Made by a program: the position numbers and the translations under genes. The notes under the pieces are model-generated. The model was given only the letters and a program-made list of their open reading frames with translations. It did no database searches and was not told the origin of the DNA. 64,000 nt of DNA, taken from NCBI GenBank assembly GCA_050949055.1, contig JBMNFA010000007.1:64749-128748 (forward strand). The letters are read 5' to 3'. This document shows, one piece after another, positions 30,135 to 39,380 of the stretch; the first letter of the stretch is position 1, and each line of letters opens with the position of its first letter. This stretch comes from Bacillota bacterium (GTDB taxonomy: Bacteria; Bacillota; UBA994; UBA5500).

Positions 30135-30608
30135 CTAGCCGTCTTCCTTGGCCATTGCCTCCAGAATACGCAGGATTTCTTGCTCATTGCGCCGAAATGC
30201 CAGGTCATTGACCACCAGATGGCGAACAATGCCCCGCTTGTCAATAATAAAGGTGGCCCGTGCAGCGACGGACTGCTCTGGCAGCAATACACCGTAGGCT
30301 GCGCTCACCTGGCGTTTCATGTCGCTGAGCAACGGGAAGGTGACCTGCAGATTCTCCGCAAATGCTTTATGGGATGGGACACTGTCTACACTGATGCCCA
30401 GCACCTGGGCACTCAACTTGCTCAGTTGCGGGAGGATTTCCTGGCAAGCTGGTAGCTCAGATGTTCAGACCGGGGTCCAATCCAAGGGATAGAATAAAAG
30501 GACCACGCTTTGCTGGCCACGAAAGCTGCTCAGCGTTACCGCTTGATCGTTTTGATCCCGCAGAGTGAAGTCCGGTGCCTGTTTGCCGACAAATACGCCT
30601 TCTAGCAC
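30135..30608 (-). CDS. Peroxiredoxin (Prx1/AhpC-like, ~157 aa) with in-frame TGA (30465..30467) at the peroxidatic-Cys position: candidate selenocysteine peroxiredoxin
   Basis: Manual translation of the minus strand gives MLEGVFVGKQAPDFTLRDQNDQAVTLSSFRGQQSVVLLFYPLDWTPV-[TGA]-TSELPACQEILPQLSKLSAQVLGISVDSVPSHKAF...ATFIIDKRGIVRHLVVNDLAFRRNEQEILRILEAMAKEDG. The TGA falls exactly where FTFVCPTE carries the peroxidatic Cys. A GGAGGTGA RBS precedes the GTG start. A candidate hairpin (CAGCUUGC..GCAAGUUG) at 30414..30451 lies 16 nt downstream of the UGA in the mRNA. The ORF track shows only the part downstream of the TGA (30135..30416). Confidence 0.7.
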
Positions 30609-30671
30609 AAACTCACCTCCTATCGATCCGTTCTAGTATCCCCAGCTACCGTTTAGTCATTATCTGAAGGA

Positions 30672-31799
30672 GTGACCGCTTTGGATACCTTGATCTTCTC
30701 CGCTTCGGTAGGTGCCGGGCACGACCAGGTGGCTCGGGCGCTCCAGGAAGAGATACTCCGCCGCCATCCCACTGCCCGGGTGGCTATCGTGGATACACTG
30801 AGCTACATCAGTCCGGCGTTGAACCGCGTTATCCTGGAAGGCTATCTGAGCATGGTGCGGTTCACGCCTAAGGCCTATGGCAAGCTATACGCATCGACGG
30901 AAGGGGATTCCAGCCTCGATTTGGCGGCATTGCCCAACAGATTGCTGGCCCGGGCACTCAGCCGCGTGATTAAGGAGTATAACCCTCAAGCAATCATCTG
31001 CACCCATGCTTTCAGCTCGGGGCTGATCGGCACCCTCAAACATCGGCGGCGCATCTTTCATCATCTCACTACTGTGATCACCGATTTCACAGTCCACCCC
31101 TATTGGCTACACGAGGGAAACGATCTATACTGCATCGCCCACGAAGCTTTGGCTTTCCTGATGAAAGAGCTGGGTGTGGCTGACGAGCTAGTGCAGGCAA
31201 CCGGCATTCCGATCATGAGTAAGTTCAGCCGGTGTTTGGACAAGGGGCAGGCACGGCAGGAGTTGGGGTTGCTGGACCAGCCTACAGTCTTGGTCATGGG
31301 AGGATCGCTGGGGCTGGGGAATATCGCGGCCATCGTCAAACAGCTGGACGGAGCCTCGCGGGATATTCAGATACTGGTGGTCACCGGGCGCAACGAAATG
31401 CTCCGCGGTGAATTGGAGCGTTATCGCTGCAATTGCAGTTGTCGCGTCTTTGGGTTCGTGGACAATGTCCATCAGCTGATGGCAGCATCCGACCTGGTAT
31501 TGACCAAACCAGGAGGGGTTACTTCTGCAGAAGCCCTCAGCCAAGGAAAACCGATCGCGATCATCTCTCCCATCCCGGGACAGGAAGACCGCAACAGCAA
31601 CTTTCTCACCGAACAGGGCGCGGCCATCCGATTGTTTGATGATCGCTATGCGGGGGTGAAGATAGCTCAGTTGCTGCGCGATCAGGAAAGGCTGGACACC
31701 CTGGCTCGCATGGCGCGGCGGCTGGCTAGGCCGACAGCGGCCAAGCAGGTGGTGGACATTATCGAACGGCAGCTATCTGCCCGGAGAAGAGAAGAATAG
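30672..31799 (+). CDS. MGDG-synthase family glycosyltransferase (UgtP-like diacylglycerol glucosyltransferase)
   Basis: N-terminal SASVGAGHDQVARAL and a GT-B fold with a C-terminal GT28-like domain. Confidence 0.65.
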   Translation: MTALDTLIFSASVGAGHDQVARALQEEILRRHPTARVAIVDTLSYISPALNRVILEGYLSMVRFTPKAYGKLYASTEGDSSLDLAALPNRLLARALSRVIKEYNPQAIICTHAFSSGLIGTLKHRRRIFHHLTTVITDFTVHPYWLHEGNDLYCIAHEALAFLMKELGVADELVQATGIPIMSKFSRCLDKGQARQELGLLDQPTVLVMGGSLGLGNIAAIVKQLDGASRDIQILVVTGRNEMLRGELERYRCNCSCRVFGFVDNVHQLMAASDLVLTKPGGVTSAEALSQGKPIAIISPIPGQEDRNSNFLTEQGAAIRLFDDRYAGVKIAQLLRDQERLDTLARMARRLARPTAAKQVVDIIERQLSARRREE

Positions 31800-31926
31800 C
31801 TTTCTGCCCAAGCAAAGACAACGCCAGTTGTTTACCCCTAGGAATAAGAACAGCAGATGAATTGCGCAATGGCATCGCTCTGCGTATGTACTGCCTCCAG
31901 GCGGCCATACTAAATATTGGGATTGC

Positions 31927-32907
31927 TTGGAGGTGGTTTGGTTGGTGTCCAACCTAAACGATGTTTACCGTTCCGTGGAGCCAGAGCTGTTGCAGGTGGA
32001 AGCTGAGATGGGCCGCACGGTGCAGACGGTGTGCCCTCGGCTGGCGGATGCAGCCACGTATTTCTTGGAGCGGAGCGGAAAGCGGATACGCCCGTTGATC
32101 ACAATCCTGACTGCTAAACTGGGGCAGGCAGAGAAAGACATTGTGGTCAAAGTGGCGGCTGCGCTGGAGCTGATTCATCTTGGCTCTCTGGTGCACGACG
32201 ATATCGTGGACGAGGCTGAGCTGAGGCGCGGGCGGCCCTCGGTTAACTCATATTTCGGCAACACTTCCGCCGTGCTGTTGGGCGACTTTTTCTTTGCTCG
32301 GGCACTGGGTTTGGCAAGTGAGGTAGGATTGGAAGCGGTTCGGGTGGTGTCCAGCGTGATTGGCAATTTGGTGGAGGGAGAACTGGATCAACTGGAGCGC
32401 CGCTTTGATCCCGAAGTGACAGTAGATGATTACTTTGCCCGTATCAAGCGAAAAACTGCGCTGTTCTTGGCCGAGTGCTGTCGCATGGGAGGGCTATTCA
32501 GTGCGGGAAACCCACTTTCTCCCGATCACCTCTATGCATATGGACTAAATTTGGGATTGGCATTTCAGGTCAAGGATGACTTGCTGGACTTCTCCGGCCA
32601 GGTGGATCGATTGGGCAAACCGGTGATGCGAGACCTGTCGCAGGGCGTAATCACCTTGCCAGTGATCCACGCCTTGGAACATCATCCCCGCAGAGAGGAG
32701 ATATCCGCCTGGATTCGTTCCCAGCGCGTGGACTCATGGGCGCAGATCCGGCAATGTCTTGAGGAATCGGGATCGCTGCAATATGCGGAACAGCGGGCCT
32801 GCCAATTGATCGAGCACGCCAAGCGACAGCTGGATGGAGTGCCTGAGCAAGCAGCGAAGGCTGCCTTGCTCCACCTGGCTGACTTTGTTCTGTCCCGTGT
32901 CTCTTAG
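31927..32907 (+). CDS. Polyprenyl diphosphate synthase (trans-IPPS, HepT/IspB-like)
   Basis: First DDxxD motif (LVHDDIVDE) and second (FQVKDDLLD). Confidence 0.8.
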   Translation: MEVVWLVSNLNDVYRSVEPELLQVEAEMGRTVQTVCPRLADAATYFLERSGKRIRPLITILTAKLGQAEKDIVVKVAAALELIHLGSLVHDDIVDEAELRRGRPSVNSYFGNTSAVLLGDFFFARALGLASEVGLEAVRVVSSVIGNLVEGELDQLERRFDPEVTVDDYFARIKRKTALFLAECCRMGGLFSAGNPLSPDHLYAYGLNLGLAFQVKDDLLDFSGQVDRLGKPVMRDLSQGVITLPVIHALEHHPRREEISAWIRSQRVDSWAQIRQCLEESGSLQYAEQRACQLIEHAKRQLDGVPEQAAKAALLHLADFVLSRVS

Positions 32908-32932
32908 AGACAATGCCGCTGTGCTGGTCGGA

Positions 32933-33835
32933 ATGTTGACCCGCAAGGTAGCCGGCACCGGGTTGCTGCTGCGCCCCCTGGCTACTCTCTCATGGAGTGG
33001 GGGAGCGCTGTTGTTGTCCAGCGGACTGGCCATCCGGAGCACGTCTTTCAGCGGCAGTTGGTCTGAACCGCTGCGTGTCCTGGCGGCAGCAGTGGTGATT
33101 CAGGGCTGGCTTTCCCATAGCTTAAACGATCGCACCGATTGGCAGACAGGCACCGATTGCCAGGCGAATGAGTTCTTCTCCGGAGGCAGCGGTGTGTTGC
33201 GTTTGGGATTATTCAGTGTAAATGAACTGTCTATTGTGGCCATAACTAGCCTACTACTCCTGAGCAGCATCGTCTGGGTGCCAAATGTTGCACGCAATGC
33301 TTGGTTGTTCCTGGCAGTAGGCCTTTGGGGTGCTATTGCTTACAGCTGTCGCCCCTGGCGGTTGTCCTACCGTCCCTGGTTGGGCGAATGGTTAGCCGCC
33401 TTTCCGGCGGTCACTGCTTGTGGCCTGGCTGCATTTCAGGTGTTGGCTCAGCGATTGGTGCCTGCCGCAGTGGTGGGAGCGGGGCTGCATGGTCTGCTCT
33501 GCGTCTGCTGGCTGATGCAGCACCACCTGCCCGATTGGTGGCGCGACCTACAAGCCCATCCACCCAAGCGGACCACCATCGCCTGGTTGGCTCAGCGCTT
33601 TGGGTTGCCCCGGGCGCGGAGGTTGGTGGTGGGCTACTGGCTGTTCACCGCTGTGGCGGCTGCTCTAGGCAGTCTGGTGAGCAGTCGCTTCATCTGGACG
33701 GCGCTAATAGCGTTGGGCGGAGCCTGGTTGGCATTTGCTCAGGACGTGTTCGATCGCAAACGGGTAGCCCTGCGCGAGCTGCAGATGGTAGGCCTTAGCC
33801 TGCTCAACGCCGTCTTGGTAGGATGGATCATCTGA
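32933..33835 (+). CDS. menA: UbiA-family prenyltransferase, MenA-like (1,4-dihydroxy-2-naphthoate polyprenyltransferase)
   Basis: It is a polytopic membrane protein. NDRTDWQTGTD matches the MenA NDyfDfkkGtD motif, and the gene lies directly after the polyprenyl synthase. Confidence 0.5.
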   Translation: MLTRKVAGTGLLLRPLATLSWSGGALLLSSGLAIRSTSFSGSWSEPLRVLAAAVVIQGWLSHSLNDRTDWQTGTDCQANEFFSGGSGVLRLGLFSVNELSIVAITSLLLLSSIVWVPNVARNAWLFLAVGLWGAIAYSCRPWRLSYRPWLGEWLAAFPAVTACGLAAFQVLAQRLVPAAVVGAGLHGLLCVCWLMQHHLPDWWRDLQAHPPKRTTIAWLAQRFGLPRARRLVVGYWLFTAVAAALGSLVSSRFIWTALIALGGAWLAFAQDVFDRKRVALRELQMVGLSLLNAVLVGWII

Positions 33836-34025
33836 CTATTTGCCCTGGACATCGCGACGAGGTAGAGCCTTCACAAGAACCCGCCAGCAGAGCATGAGCG
33901 CGCGAGGTAGTTCGCTGGTCGGCCTGCGCTAAGTTCCCTTGGAAGAGCAGCCAACTTCTGCTGCCGCCTCTCTTTTCTTGAGCATTTGCCGGCTACAGGC
34001 TATACTAAAGTGATCAAGGAAGGGG

Positions 34026-34847
34026 ATGTTCATGCAAGCCAAACTGCCCAAGAACTACGTGCGCAAGATTTGGCGGGCATTGATGGAGTTTGATATGTTG
34101 GCACCGGGGGATCGTTGTTTGGTCGGACTGTCTGGAGGTAAAGACAGTTCGTTTCTGCTTTATGCGCTGGCGGTGATCAAGGAGCATGCGCCGTTTTCCT
34201 TTGATCTGGGCGCTGTGACCATTGACCCGATGTTTGATCACCAGTTTCCCAGCGATAGGCTGCAGCGGTTATGCGACAGTCTGCAAGTCCCCTTGTTTTT
34301 GGAGCAGGTGGATTTGGCGCGCCTTGCTTTTGCTCCCAGTCAACAGAATCCTTGCCCGCGCTGCGCCTTTTTCCGTCGCGGGGCGCTAAATCGTATCGCC
34401 GTCAGAGAGGGCTACAATCGGCTGGCATTGGCCCATCACCACGATGATGCCGTTGAAACCTTTCTGATGAGCATATTGTTCTCTGGTCAGATCAAAACCT
34501 TCACGCCCGTCACGAAGCAGGACCGCAGTCAACTGACGGTGATTAGGCCGCTGATCTATCTGCGCGAATGGGAAATCAAGTCTGCATATAGATTCTTTGC
34601 ATGGGAACCGATCGCCAATCCCTGCCCGTTGGATGGCCATAGCACCAGACAGAGGGTAAAGGAGCTGCTGCGCCAACTCGGCCGCGAGAATCGCTCCGTT
34701 TACGACAATGTCAGCGCTGCCATGCGTTTTCCCACTGAAAAGATTGAGCTTTGGCCTGCAGAACTAAATCGTGACGCCATGCGTCAAAAGTACTTGCAGG
34801 CAATGTTCGGCAGCGATAACGAGGGAGAGAAGACCCGCAACACCTAA
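34026..34847 (+). CDS. ttcA: TtcA-family PP-loop ATPase (tRNA 2-thiocytidine synthetase-like)
   Basis: SGGKDS PP-loop, a CPRC motif and a conserved HHDD segment. Confidence 0.7.
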   Translation: MFMQAKLPKNYVRKIWRALMEFDMLAPGDRCLVGLSGGKDSSFLLYALAVIKEHAPFSFDLGAVTIDPMFDHQFPSDRLQRLCDSLQVPLFLEQVDLARLAFAPSQQNPCPRCAFFRRGALNRIAVREGYNRLALAHHHDDAVETFLMSILFSGQIKTFTPVTKQDRSQLTVIRPLIYLREWEIKSAYRFFAWEPIANPCPLDGHSTRQRVKELLRQLGRENRSVYDNVSAAMRFPTEKIELWPAELNRDAMRQKYLQAMFGSDNEGEKTRNT

Positions 34848-35000
34848 GGTGTTGCCAATAGGAACCAACCGATAGTCGCTACGCGCCAATCGCTTTATTG
34901 CCCGCAACATCTAACGATGTTGCTAGTAATGTACAAGCTGATAGTTGCTTGCGCAACAATCACTTCATTTGCCCGCAACATCTGAGGATGTTGCTAGTAG
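34834..35000. repeat. Three tandem ~30-nt elements, each an inverted repeat GCAACAYC-N3/4-GRTGTTGC, between ttcA and the wecA-like gene
   Basis: Copies lie at 34834..34856 (spanning the ttcA stop codon), 34898..34929 and 34969..35000. Confidence 0.6.
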
Positions 35001-35161
35001 GTAGTAATTATATGAAATAGTTTCTGCCTATAGGATTTTTATTGTCGAATGCCGAAATAGACTATTAGTCCCCTATCATGCACTGTTAAGAGACCTGTAA
35101 GTCTGCGGCTAACAGGTCAACCGAAGGCAATAGCCGTTTTGTAAACGGGAGGATATAACTT

Positions 35162-36112
35162 ATGTTACGATATATTGCCATCTTCATAGTAGCAGCGGTC
35201 TTAGTCTGGCTGTTCACCCCCTTGGCGCAGAAGCTATCCTTTCGATTGGGAATACTAGATATTCCTAATCGGCGCAAGCAACATGAGCGACCTACGCCAC
35301 TGATGGGCGGCTGGGCGATGCTGGCCAGCTTCTGCGTCACTGCTCTGTTTGTGTTGCCCTTTGACAGCAACTTGCGCGGAATTATCTTTGGTGCACTGAT
35401 CGCCTTCTCAGTCGGTCTGGTGGACGATTACTGCAAGTCCCGCGGCAAGGAAATGAGCGCCGGACCCAAGTTTCTAGGGCAGGTCGTCGCCGCTTTGGTG
35501 CTAGCCTTCCATGGTGTGCGCATTTTTTACATCAGCAACCCCTTTGGCCCGGGAATGGTCTTTTTCCCCACCTGGCTGTCTTACCTGACCACCATTGTCT
35601 GGGTGGTGGCGGTGATGAATCTGATCAACTTCATGGACGGCTTGGACGGCTTGGCGGCTGGCATCTCCTGCATCGCCGCCGCGACGCTAGCTTTGATCGC
35701 CTGGCAGATGGATCAAGGCGAATCCGTCACCTTAGGTGTGTTGGTGCTGGGCGTCACGCTGGGTTTCCTGCGTTTCAACCGTTACCCCGCCTCCATCTTT
35801 ATGGGAGACATGGGTGCCAATTTCCTGGGATTCCTGCTGGGTGCCATCTCCGTTGGCGGTTCTTTCAAGAGCGCCACTTTGGTGGGGCTCGCTGTTCCGG
35901 TGCTGGCCTTTGGTTTACCCATCTTTGATACAGCAATCAACATCGTGCGTCGCACCCGGAACGGGCAACCCTTCTACGTGGCCGATCATGGCCACACCCA
36001 CCATCGACTGCAACGCTGGGGGCTCACCCAGGTGCAAACCGTCTTTGTGATGTATCTGATCAGCATCTGCTTCTCCCTCACCGCCCTGGTGGTATTGTTT
36101 GCCAGCCGCTGA
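35162..36112 (+). CDS. Glycosyltransferase family 4 (MraY/WecA/TagO-like undecaprenyl-phosphate sugar-phosphate transferase)
   Basis: A 10-11 TM protein with DD motifs and a conserved VFMGDTGS-like region (IFMGDMGAN). A terminator follows at 36191..36226. Confidence 0.75.
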   Translation: MLRYIAIFIVAAVLVWLFTPLAQKLSFRLGILDIPNRRKQHERPTPLMGGWAMLASFCVTALFVLPFDSNLRGIIFGALIAFSVGLVDDYCKSRGKEMSAGPKFLGQVVAALVLAFHGVRIFYISNPFGPGMVFFPTWLSYLTTIVWVVAVMNLINFMDGLDGLAAGISCIAAATLALIAWQMDQGESVTLGVLVLGVTLGFLRFNRYPASIFMGDMGANFLGFLLGAISVGGSFKSATLVGLAVPVLAFGLPIFDTAINIVRRTRNGQPFYVADHGHTHHRLQRWGLTQVQTVFVMYLISICFSLTALVVLFASR

Positions 36113-36344
36113 TCCGGGTTCTTGAGGACGGTTCCGAAGCACCCACTTCAGTCTGTTCAGGGTTCAATCTGATCCGTATTCCATATTGACAAACAGGGCC
36201 GACTGCTGAGTGCGGCCCTGTTTATTTCGTTGCCCCTTTACACAACCTATCGGGTAGAGTTTGGACGGGGGTTGTGCCTGCGCCTTGCAGTGCGGTGTCT
36301 GTGGGGTGCTCAGGGACATACCTGCCCAAGACAAGGGGGTGGTG

Positions 36345-36581
36345 ATGGTGGAGTATCAGTTCAAGATGGGCCCTAACCTTAGCGACGAGGACCTGCGCAA
36401 GCTGAAAAGACGGCTGGCGGAGTTAGCTCAGGATGAGCAACTGCGCGTGCAACTGGACAGTAAAGATTCGCTGCAGCGCTCTAACCTCATCCGGATGCTG
36501 GCCAGTAATGGCTATATCTTTCAGCCGGAAGGCAGCCCGGAAGACGACGACCAGTATCTGGTAGTGAGGCGCCTGCACTAG
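36345..36581 (+). CDS. Hypothetical small protein (78 aa from MVEYQFKMGPN...)
   Basis: ORF only; a terminator hairpin follows at 36598..36625. Confidence 0.25.
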   Translation: MVEYQFKMGPNLSDEDLRKLKRRLAELAQDEQLRVQLDSKDSLQRSNLIRMLASNGYIFQPEGSPEDDDQYLVVRRLH

Positions 36582-36767
36582 ATCTTAGCCAACAAACTGG
36601 GCCTTCTTTCTACGGAAGGCCCGGTTTGTCTTGTCAGCTGCATACGCAATTGGCAATGGTCCCTGGGAACGTCATCCCGGACTTGGAGTGAGCGTGTGCA
36701 CCCATGGTCAAACAACGCTGGATGACATATGATGTACTTGAGTTTCTAGGTTTGGAAGTGATTATAT

Positions 36768-38158
36768 TGTCGAGGCGATCTAGGTGGCTGCTGCTGGCGG
36801 CGGTGGCGGTTTTGTTGTTGATCGTGCAGTCTGTCACAGCGTTTACCAGCGGGTGGCAGCATTCAGCCGCCAAAATGGCAGCAGCCGGAGAAGGCGCATT
36901 GGGATGGGATCCAGCCTGGTTGGTGCCGCTTGCCAGTGGCTTTGACCAAGCCACCCAACTGCTATCCCAAGCCTTGGTGGAGCAGCTGCAGATGGCCGGT
37001 GTGAACGCTCGGCTGGCACCGGTTAGGGCTGAGTTTGCCCAGGGTGAGCCGCTGCCTACGCTGCTGTTCCTCTCGGTAGGAGAATGGCGTTCCAGCTGGC
37101 GGCCGCTCGGCCGCGGGTTACACATCAGCCTCAGCTTGCGTTCCCAGAAGTTGAATGCGCCCTGCTACGGGAGTGTCCATGACGGCCTTTGGATGGCACA
37201 AACTCTGGAGGGAAGCGGTAAGTATACTGGGTTGGTACGAACTACAGCTGCCAGCCGTGATGCAGCCAATCTGGCCGCAAAGAAGCTGGTCAGCGGAGTG
37301 CTAGAGGAGTTAGCTAAGCACGGTTTGGTGGCGCCGCAACCGCCACACCCAGAGCAGTCCGCAGCCAAGTGGAGTTTTGGGCTGGAGCTGTCTCAGGGCT
37401 CGACTGAACCGAAGCAAACTGTGGCGGACGACGGTCTGTTACTGTTGGGAGAGCGACCCGATTATTCATGGACAGTGAACACCGTTCGCGGCAAGCAGAT
37501 AGTCAGTATCTATCAGACGCAGGCGACCGGGGACGAGCTGGAGGCAGCGCTGATCAGGGAGTTTCCCAAGCTGGCCAGCGGACAGAGCTTTGAGAGCGTG
37601 CACCATGTCAATGGGCTCAATCGGCGCATTCTCGGCGACGGTCTGATGGCCCATTGGATTGCTGCCGCCGAAGCACAGCCGGTTGACTCGCCTGATTACA
37701 GCGAATTTCAAGACCAGATTCTCTCTCGCTATGCTATGGTCATCAACAGCATCGGAGGCGGAAGTGTTCAGCTTAAGGATAGCGGGATCGCCGAGTACTT
37801 GGACTATCGCTTTGATAATCAATCGATGTACATTGCTGGACTAAAGGTTTTCGAAGAATTCAGCGACAGGAATGAAGGCAGCGTCAGGTTGGATGGCAAT
37901 ATCCTGACCTTCAGTTTGACCAAATCCACCGGTACTGTCACTGGCGCCCTTGATGGTCCCAATGTGCAGTTTACAATGAACATTGACACAAACGAGATCC
38001 TGGAGAAGGCATTTAGGCCCGCACCCAACTACATCAAACTGGGCTTGCAGCAGTTCGCCGAGCACAGCGAAGAGGTGCTTGCACTGACCGACGAACGCAT
38101 GCTGGAGATCGGGCAGTACTTTGTAGAGCTGTTCGCGGAGATAGAGGCAAATCATTGA
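36768..38158 (+). CDS. Hypothetical membrane-anchored/secreted protein (~463 aa); start uncertain (36704/36722/36768)
   Basis: Its N-terminus has an RRSRW n-region followed by LLLAAVAVLLLIV. No recognised domain. Confidence 0.4.
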
Positions 38159-38216
38159 GATGCCCAGCAAGGGCGTGCTCGAGTACCACATTACACGGCC
38201 AGACTGGTACGGCTTA

Positions 38217-38322
38217 GGCGCTGTCTGCCGACTAAATGTATGAGCTCGACCCCGCTGTCGCACCCGATGTGCCTTTGCACCACCATGGCGCTGTCTGCCG
38301 ACTAAATGTATGAGCTCGACCC
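38217..38322. repeat. Two identical 36-bp direct repeats (GGCGCTGTCTGCCGACTAAATGTATGAGCTCGACCC) separated by a 34-bp unique spacer
   Basis: Repeat 1 is at 38217..38252 and repeat 2 at 38287..38322, inside a 390-bp non-coding stretch with no cas genes nearby. Confidence 0.6.
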
Positions 38323-38550
38323 AGCCGGGCGGCAGCAGAACTCGCCGCTCGGCTCTTCATATACTCCAGCCTTCCTAATGACGCCTTGCTCTCCAAAGGC
38401 GATGTAACAGGTGAGCGGGGAGCGGCTCAAACAACTGCTGCCGCTGCCCCACGCCCTTTTCCTGTTACTCTGAGCGTAGCGAAGAGTCTATGTCCTCGCT
38501 GCGCACAGCCAGCGCCATTTCACCAGCCCCAGCCATCCGTTGGGGCTATC

Positions 38551-39117
38551 TTATGCCTTGATGGATGATGACGCCAGGAACCGCAGTGGCAAATCAGTCC
38601 CCACACTGATGCCGATGCGTGGCGTTACCCGCACTGCAGCCGGCCTGGCCCCCGGCAGAATGTACAGCGGGGGTTGCTGCAGCGGATGGCCGTTTAGGTT
38701 CAAATCGATGGCCAACGCCTGGCATAGCTTGCCCGGTCCGTTGACCAGCTGCTTGTCCGGCGCGCCACCCCGCCGAGAGCGCATCAGATCGACTCCCTCC
38801 AGCGGTTGCAGCGCCCGAAGCAGCACGGCCTCTGGAACTCCTTCCGGTTGGCAGACCACGTTGAAACAGCGGTGGATGCCGTAGCTGATATAGATATAGC
38901 TGCTACCGGGCGGTCCATACATAGGCCGGTTACGACGGGTGGGTCCTCGGAAGGAGTGGCTGGCCGGGTCCCCGGTTGCCAGATAAGCTTCTGTCTCCAT
39001 AATCACCCCACTGATCAGGCCGCTGGGAGTGACCCTGACCAATACCTTTCCCAACAGGTCCCGGGCAATGGTGGCCGTGTCACGGCCAGAATAGAACTCC
39101 TCTGGGATAGCGTTCAT
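38551..39117 (-). CDS. mpg: DNA-3-methyladenine glycosylase (Mpg/AAG family)
   Basis: EFYSGRDTATIARDLLGKVLV...ETEAYL...YGPPGSSYIYISYGIHRCFN signature. Confidence 0.8.
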   Translation of the reverse strand: MNAIPEEFYSGRDTATIARDLLGKVLVRVTPSGLISGVIMETEAYLATGDPASHSFRGPTRRNRPMYGPPGSSYIYISYGIHRCFNVVCQPEGVPEAVLLRALQPLEGVDLMRSRRGGAPDKQLVNGPGKLCQALAIDLNLNGHPLQQPPLYILPGARPAAVRVTPRIGISVGTDLPLRFLASSSIKA

Positions 39118-39380
39118 TTGCAGCCTCCTTTGCCAAGCGTTTGCTGCTCCTTGTATAATGACAATAATATCTGATCTCATCTGCCGCGTATCCAGGGTGG
39201 CATGGTTGGACTGCCTGATGCCAGTCCTTGCTCCATTCTAGTATGCGCTAGAGGGCGCCCAGTCTCAAACTAGATCGCGCACGAGCCTCCCGACCCGTAA
39301 CCAGTTGAAACGGGGGCGCCGTAGGACGAATGTCTGATTTGCAGATTGCTTGCCGCTCAAGCCGAATAAGGAGGCTCCCT

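Noticed and set aside
38217-38322. CRISPR array call for the two 36-bp direct repeats with 34-bp spacer
   Set aside because: There are only two repeat units, no cas genes in the window and no internal repeat palindromicity typical of known CRISPR families. I kept it as an orphan direct-repeat finding instead.
38340-38550. tRNA-Sec (selC) or other tRNA in the non-coding stretch next to the direct repeats, and in the 19585..19829 intergenic region
   Set aside because: I found no cloverleaf-compatible sequence: no GTTCGA-type T-loop and no UCA anticodon loop in suitable context. Neither region gives a confident RNA gene call by eye.
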